NCBI RefSeq assembly: GCF_000002075.1
Contig: NW_004797556.1
Location: 179,409-243,408, forward strand
DNA length: 64,000 nucleotides
Origin: Aplysia californica
Lineage: Eukaryota
Direction of reading: 5' to 3'
Shown here: piece after piece, positions 62,762 to 64,000 of the stretch
How positions within the stretch are numbered: position 1 is the stretch's first letter
Layout of the letters: every line of letters starts with the position of its first letter
Program-made: the position numbers and the translations under genes
The notes under the pieces: model-generated
What the model saw: only the letters and a program-made list of their open reading frames with translations
Told to the model about the DNA's origin: nothing
The model's database searches: none

Positions 62762-64000
62762 CTGAAGACACAAAAGCCATATATAAAATTTAGGAAAACT
62801 ATTCTTCAAATCAAATTTTTAAAATATGTTTACATCTATTAAAGTGGAGTCTAGCTGAGAGGTACTTAGTAGTGAGTCAGGAAGGTAATGGAACCCCTGA
62901 AAAATTGTAGAGAAAGCACCCACCAACCACCAGCTAAATATTGATGGCCACAGATAAAAACTTGCTAACACACAACAAATTTACATACTTTTTTACCCTG
63001 TTAATTGTGTTACTCAGAATCTATTGATAGACATATTGACAGAACAAGGGAGCAAAAATTTACTTTCACTACTTTTATTTTCTTGCTAACATGATGATTC
63101 ATGTATTATTTTACTTCTTAAACTTCTCTCTACATTCACTATCCTTCTTAAGCTTTTCTCTACTTTCCCTATCTGGTACGATAGTGACAGACATGATTCA
63201 CAGTTACAATGGATCTGACAGTTAGCAGGGGAGGAAAACCTGTGATCCAACAGTCACTGTGGGATGGCAATTTTTCATTCTCAGATTTCTAATATGAAAA
63301 TCTGGTAAGTCACATAATCTATTTTAAAATATGAAAATTCGGAAATGAATATATCTAACATGAATAATGGGTACAGTTTGTTTTCTTTAAGCTGTAGGCC
63401 CTATAATGAAATAATTAGTTTTTTGACCCTGCTGTAAAATTCAACGGCCCAAAGTTTGTATGTTTTCTTTTTTATATTTAATGTAAGAGATTTTTAAGCC
63501 CCCTTGAAAATAACTTCGATCATTTATGAGGTTGCCTTTTGACCCTGCCTGTCAGGGCCAATCCAAGCTGGGAGAGATATACAACATCCCAGCAGAAAGA
63601 CAGAGATACTGAATAACTATTTTCTCCTCACTAGAGAACCGATCTCAGGTCTCCTGCATGCGACAAACAAATGGCTTTATAACCACTCCATCCCAGATGC
63701 TGGTTAGCACATTTTTTTCCTTCCCCAACAATATATATAAGCAAGCTTTTATGTTTTACCTGGTATGGCCAAGGAAGAAACTTATTACAAATAGGACTAC
63801 ATTAAACATATCACGTCTCTGGTTACTTCTAGAAGCACAAGGAGTATATGTCCATGATATATCATTAACTCTAAAATGTTCCAGAGTCCCGCCCCCCCCC
63901 CCCCCCCTTCTCTAAATTAGCATGGGGGTACCTCATTCAACTCTTTGTAATTCTGGTATGAATCCATCAATCATATCATACATACCCTCATTTCATTTAG

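Overview
AT-rich, intron-rich animal genomic DNA; a mollusc or gastropod origin is my inference from the TE families and the AGATCT/TAGGCCTA-rich tracts. Two genes face each other tail to tail. (1) On the + strand is the 3' two-thirds of a UbiB/aarF atypical kinase, ADCK5-like: 12 GT-AG exons from 6360 to the stop at 38469. (2) On the - strand are the last five coding exons of a RREB1/hindsight-like C2H2 zinc-finger gene, 62761 to the stop at 55537. The best finding is a pair of diverged, tandemly duplicated, intact ADCK5 exons (26684-26891 and 30566-30743). Both are phase 1-2, so a productive mRNA must contain exactly one of them; this points to mutually exclusive splicing that swaps a C-lobe segment of the kinase. 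The rest is a dense TE landscape: a young RNase H-containing LINE with a twin-priming-type 5' inversion and an 8-bp TSD; a THAP/P-superfamily transposon with an 8-bp TSD nested in a decayed copia element whose gag frame reads through a half-tRNAiMet-type PBS; a piggyBac-like element with its two termini in direct orientation; and pogo/Tc1 remnants, MITEs and SINEs. There are two N gaps. All calls were made by eye; no database searches were run.
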